A stretch of DNA of 45,817 bases from a virus. Shown here piece by piece: positions 43,781-45,817 of this stretch. Both the position numbers and the translations under genes were made by a program. A model generated the notes under the pieces. The model had not been told where the DNA came from. It saw only the letters and a program-made list of their open reading frames with translations, and made no database searches. The stretch lies in IMG/VR virus record IMGVR_UViG_3300045520_000024; one strand, written 5' to 3'. Numbering within the stretch: position 1 is the first letter of the stretch; each line of letters opens with the position of its first letter.

Positions 43781-44818
43781 TTATCCTTTTTCTACTTTTC
43801 CATCTTTTAGCATTCTCATTTGAATGGCTTCAATCCGTTTACCACTTGTTCCAGCAACTTCTCCTTGATTCTTCCAATCAGACCAGCCAACATCAGCTGA
43901 ATGAACACGATATTGTAATGTTCTACCAGTGTTTCTAACATCTAAGCCTAAGTCAAACCTAACAACAGAAAGAGCTAATGCTTTTCCAGTTGTACCAGTA
44001 TCACCATACTCCCACTCATGCCACTTCCCTTTAATATCTTGAAAACTAGCTGATATTTTATCAGTCTGATTATCCCAACGAACGTCGATAGCTTCAATAG
44101 GTATAGCTTTTCCTGTAGTCCCAGAGGTTTCTTCAGTACCGACAAACCCTAACCAACCAACATTTGATAAGTGGCTTCGATACCACAAGCCACCTTTCGC
44201 TTTAGGTATTCCTTGAGTGATTTGATTTGGTTTGGGAACACCAGGTTTAACCTCTCCCAATTTTTCACCAGTAATAGATTCAATGAAACCTTTAGCTAAT
44301 TGATCTAACTCTTTATTAATAATACTCATATCTCTTGAGCTAGTAATAAACCCGATTTCAGTTAAACGATAGTTCAAACCTCTTTGAGCGGCTACGTTTA
44401 GATTTAAAAGATTACTTCGATAACTAATGCCGTTTGTGTTAGAAACTCCGCCCCAAAGTCCAACAACACGTTTGATTAAATTTGCCATACTTAAATCAGT
44501 ATTATCAGCCTTAAAACTTGAACTAACTATTACATGTCCACCAGTAGCTGAAGAACCAGCTGCATCTTCATGATACTCACTTATAGTCGTGTAATAACTT
44601 GGACTTATTGAATACATCCCCCATCCGTTTGCTGTTTCTTGGAACATATCCCGATTTCCCGTTGTATCAAAAAAGACGAATGAGTCTTTCGACTTATCCG
44701 CCCATTTCTTCATAAAAGGATGTAATTTTTTTCTATTAAAATCACGTTCATTAGTTCCATTACCAACTGCACCAGGATCACCTGCTCCATGGCCATAAAT
44801 AATTAAATGATTAGCCAT
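43781..44818 (-). CDS. Endolysin: N-acetylmuramoyl-L-alanine amidase plus three ChW cell-wall-binding repeats
   Basis: N-terminus IIYGHGAGDPGAVGNGTNERD. The C-terminal repeats read WYRSHLSNVGWLGFVG..GTTGKAIPIEAI and YRVHSADVGWSDWKN..GTSGKRIEAI. Confidence 0.75.
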   Translation of the reverse strand: MANHLIIYGHGAGDPGAVGNGTNERDFNRKKLHPFMKKWADKSKDSFVFFDTTGNRDMFQETANGWGMYSISPSYYTTISEYHEDAAGSSATGGHVIVSSSFKADNTDLSMANLIKRVVGLWGGVSNTNGISYRSNLLNLNVAAQRGLNYRLTEIGFITSSRDMSIINKELDQLAKGFIESITGEKLGEVKPGVPKPNQITQGIPKAKGGLWYRSHLSNVGWLGFVGTEETSGTTGKAIPIEAIDVRWDNQTDKISASFQDIKGKWHEWEYGDTGTTGKALALSVVRFDLGLDVRNTGRTLQYRVHSADVGWSDWKNQGEVAGTSGKRIEAIQMRMLKDGKVEKG

Positions 44819-44821
44819 AAA

Positions 44822-45157
44822 TTACTCACCACTTTCTTTATCTTCATGTTGTGTATCTTGATAACCTAACCCTTCATCGATTAGATTATTAGCTTTTCTT
44901 TCGTTGTTTAATGCTACTCCATTTGATTTTAAATCATAGAATCCACTCGCTGACATACCAGCTAAACCGCCAGCCCACGCATAGACTATTACTTCTGTAG
45001 GTAAAAAACTTAATGCATAACCTGCACCGATAAGAACACCCACTAATACATTCAAAAATGGCAACCACTTATTATTGATTGGTGTCGCTTTAATCATTTT
45101 AGTTACCCCATAAACTATTGCTCCGATAATTGATGCTGCTGTTAAAATTGCTTCCAT
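44822..45157 (-). CDS. Holin (three TM segments)
   Basis: 111 aa with three hydrophobic helices and a charged C-terminus. It lies directly upstream of the endolysin. Confidence 0.65.
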   Translation of the reverse strand: MEAILTAASIIGAIVYGVTKMIKATPINNKWLPFLNVLVGVLIGAGYALSFLPTEVIVYAWAGGLAGMSASGFYDLKSNGVALNNERKANNLIDEGLGYQDTQHEDKESGE

Positions 45158-45195
45158 TTTAAATTCCTTCTTTCATTTTTTGTTTGGTAAAGATT

Positions 45196-45486
45196 TTATC
45201 GTTCACCTTCAATTTTGTCTAAGCGCCTATGAGCTTGTTTTGTAGACTCTTCATTTTTTATAAGCCTATCTCTGTTCTCACGGCTCTCTTCCCTAATTGA
45301 TTTCATTTCTGATTTAATTTCATTTACACCGTTGCCTATATTTTCAAGCTTTACTAAAGTGCTTGTAGAAGTTGCTACTTCTTCTTTGTCATCTGATTTT
45401 TGGTTTCTTCTAAAACTTGCTAAACCAAAATAAATACTGGAGCATATAGAAATTATTGTTACTAGTACCATTAATTCAATTTTCAC
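45196..45486 (-). CDS. Membrane-anchored coiled-coil protein (XhlA-like position, holin accessory?)
   Basis: N-terminal TM segment LMVLVTIISICSSIYFGLA followed by a charged helix. Confidence 0.45.
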   Translation of the reverse strand: MKIELMVLVTIISICSSIYFGLASFRRNQKSDDKEEVATSTSTLVKLENIGNGVNEIKSEMKSIREESRENRDRLIKNEESTKQAHRRLDKIEGER

Positions 45487-45538
45487 CCATAGTTACCACC
45501 TTTTCTATTTTTTAACAAAACAAAAAGCCTAGCATTTG

Positions 45539-45655
45539 CTAGACTTCGACTTCTAAATCTTTTAACAATTCAGTTACTTGAACTTTTAAAGAAGCTGGTA
45601 CTTGTTCTAAAGTCTTTTTACCTTTAACGATTAGCGTTGCGTAAACGACAGCCAT
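45539..45655 (-). CDS. Small XkdX-like protein (38 aa, MAVVYATLIVKGKKTLEQVPASLKVQVTELLKDLEVEV)
   Basis: This is an internal Met of the track ORF 45539-45760. It is a paralog of the adjacent 37-aa gene. Confidence 0.5.
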   Translation of the reverse strand: MAVVYATLIVKGKKTLEQVPASLKVQVTELLKDLEVEV

Positions 45656-45690
45656 GACACTCACATCCTTTCTAAATAAAAATAAAGCTA

Positions 45691-45817
45691 TCTTATTCTT
45701 GAATTTCTGAATCCAAGGCAGCTTGAACCTCTTCTCTGATTTTTTCTGGAACATCATCAATTGTCTTCAATCCTTTTTGAATTAAACTTACATAAATTTG
45801 AATCATTTTCCCTTACA
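45691..45817. repeat. Terminal overlap copy 2
   Basis: Identical to bases 1-127. Confidence 0.95.
45693..45806 (-). CDS. Small XkdX-like protein (same as 3-116)
   Basis: It lies within the terminal overlap. Confidence 0.5.
   Translation of the reverse strand: MIQIYVSLIQKGLKTIDDVPEKIREEVQAALDSEIQE

Larger units (their letters stand above)
1..45817. mobile_element. Complete temperate siphovirus-like phage genome, closed circle (unit 45,690 bp, attP intact, not integrated)
   Basis: Full lysogeny, recombination/replication, packaging, head, tail and lysis modules can be read from the ORFs. The two ends overlap by 127 identical bases. Confidence 0.9.

Noticed and set aside
1-45817. CRISPR arrays, reverse transcriptase (retron or DGR), transposases, tRNA or rRNA genes
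   Set aside because: I scanned both strands and the ORF translations. I found no regularly spaced repeat-spacer array, no RT (YxDD) or DDE-type ORF, and no convincing cloverleaf.

Overview
The window is one complete, circularly closed temperate siphovirus-type phage genome from a low-GC Firmicute. Bases 1-127 are identical to 45691-45817, so the unit length is 45,690 bp. The attP region is intact, so the phage is not integrated. Almost all lytic genes are on the minus strand. In minus-strand order they run: Cro-like early operon (36123 down to about 26890), recombination/replication genes (Rad50/SbcC-like ATPase, RecT, MBL hydrolase, SSB, replisome organizer, two YopX paralogs, MazG), a sigma-like late regulator, then terS, terL, a portal-MuF fusion, protease/scaffold, capsid, connectors, major tail protein, G/GT chaperone, a 2064-aa tape measure, Dit, Tal and the fibre genes. 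The operon continues across the circle junction into XkdX-like genes, holin and a ChW-repeat amidase endolysin. The plus-strand lysogeny block (36287-43705) holds a cI-like repressor, ImmA, four accessory cargo genes, the integrase, attP, an operon for a Y-family polymerase behind a LexA (Cheo) box, and a small candidate ADP-ribosyltransferase. The observations I rank highest are: (1) an uncharacterised two-gene cassette plus two membrane proteins between ImmA and integrase; (2) two consecutive fibre-gene junctions that each split an FN3 domain at the same loop; (3) a GC-rich structured leader with competing helices ending in a terminator directly in front of terS; (4) three reverse-oriented plus-strand islands inside minus-strand lytic operons, including one between the tail chaperone and the tape measure; (5) the SOS-boxed polymerase cassette and the ART-like gene. 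All product calls rest on motifs I read in the translations and on gene order. No database search was run.
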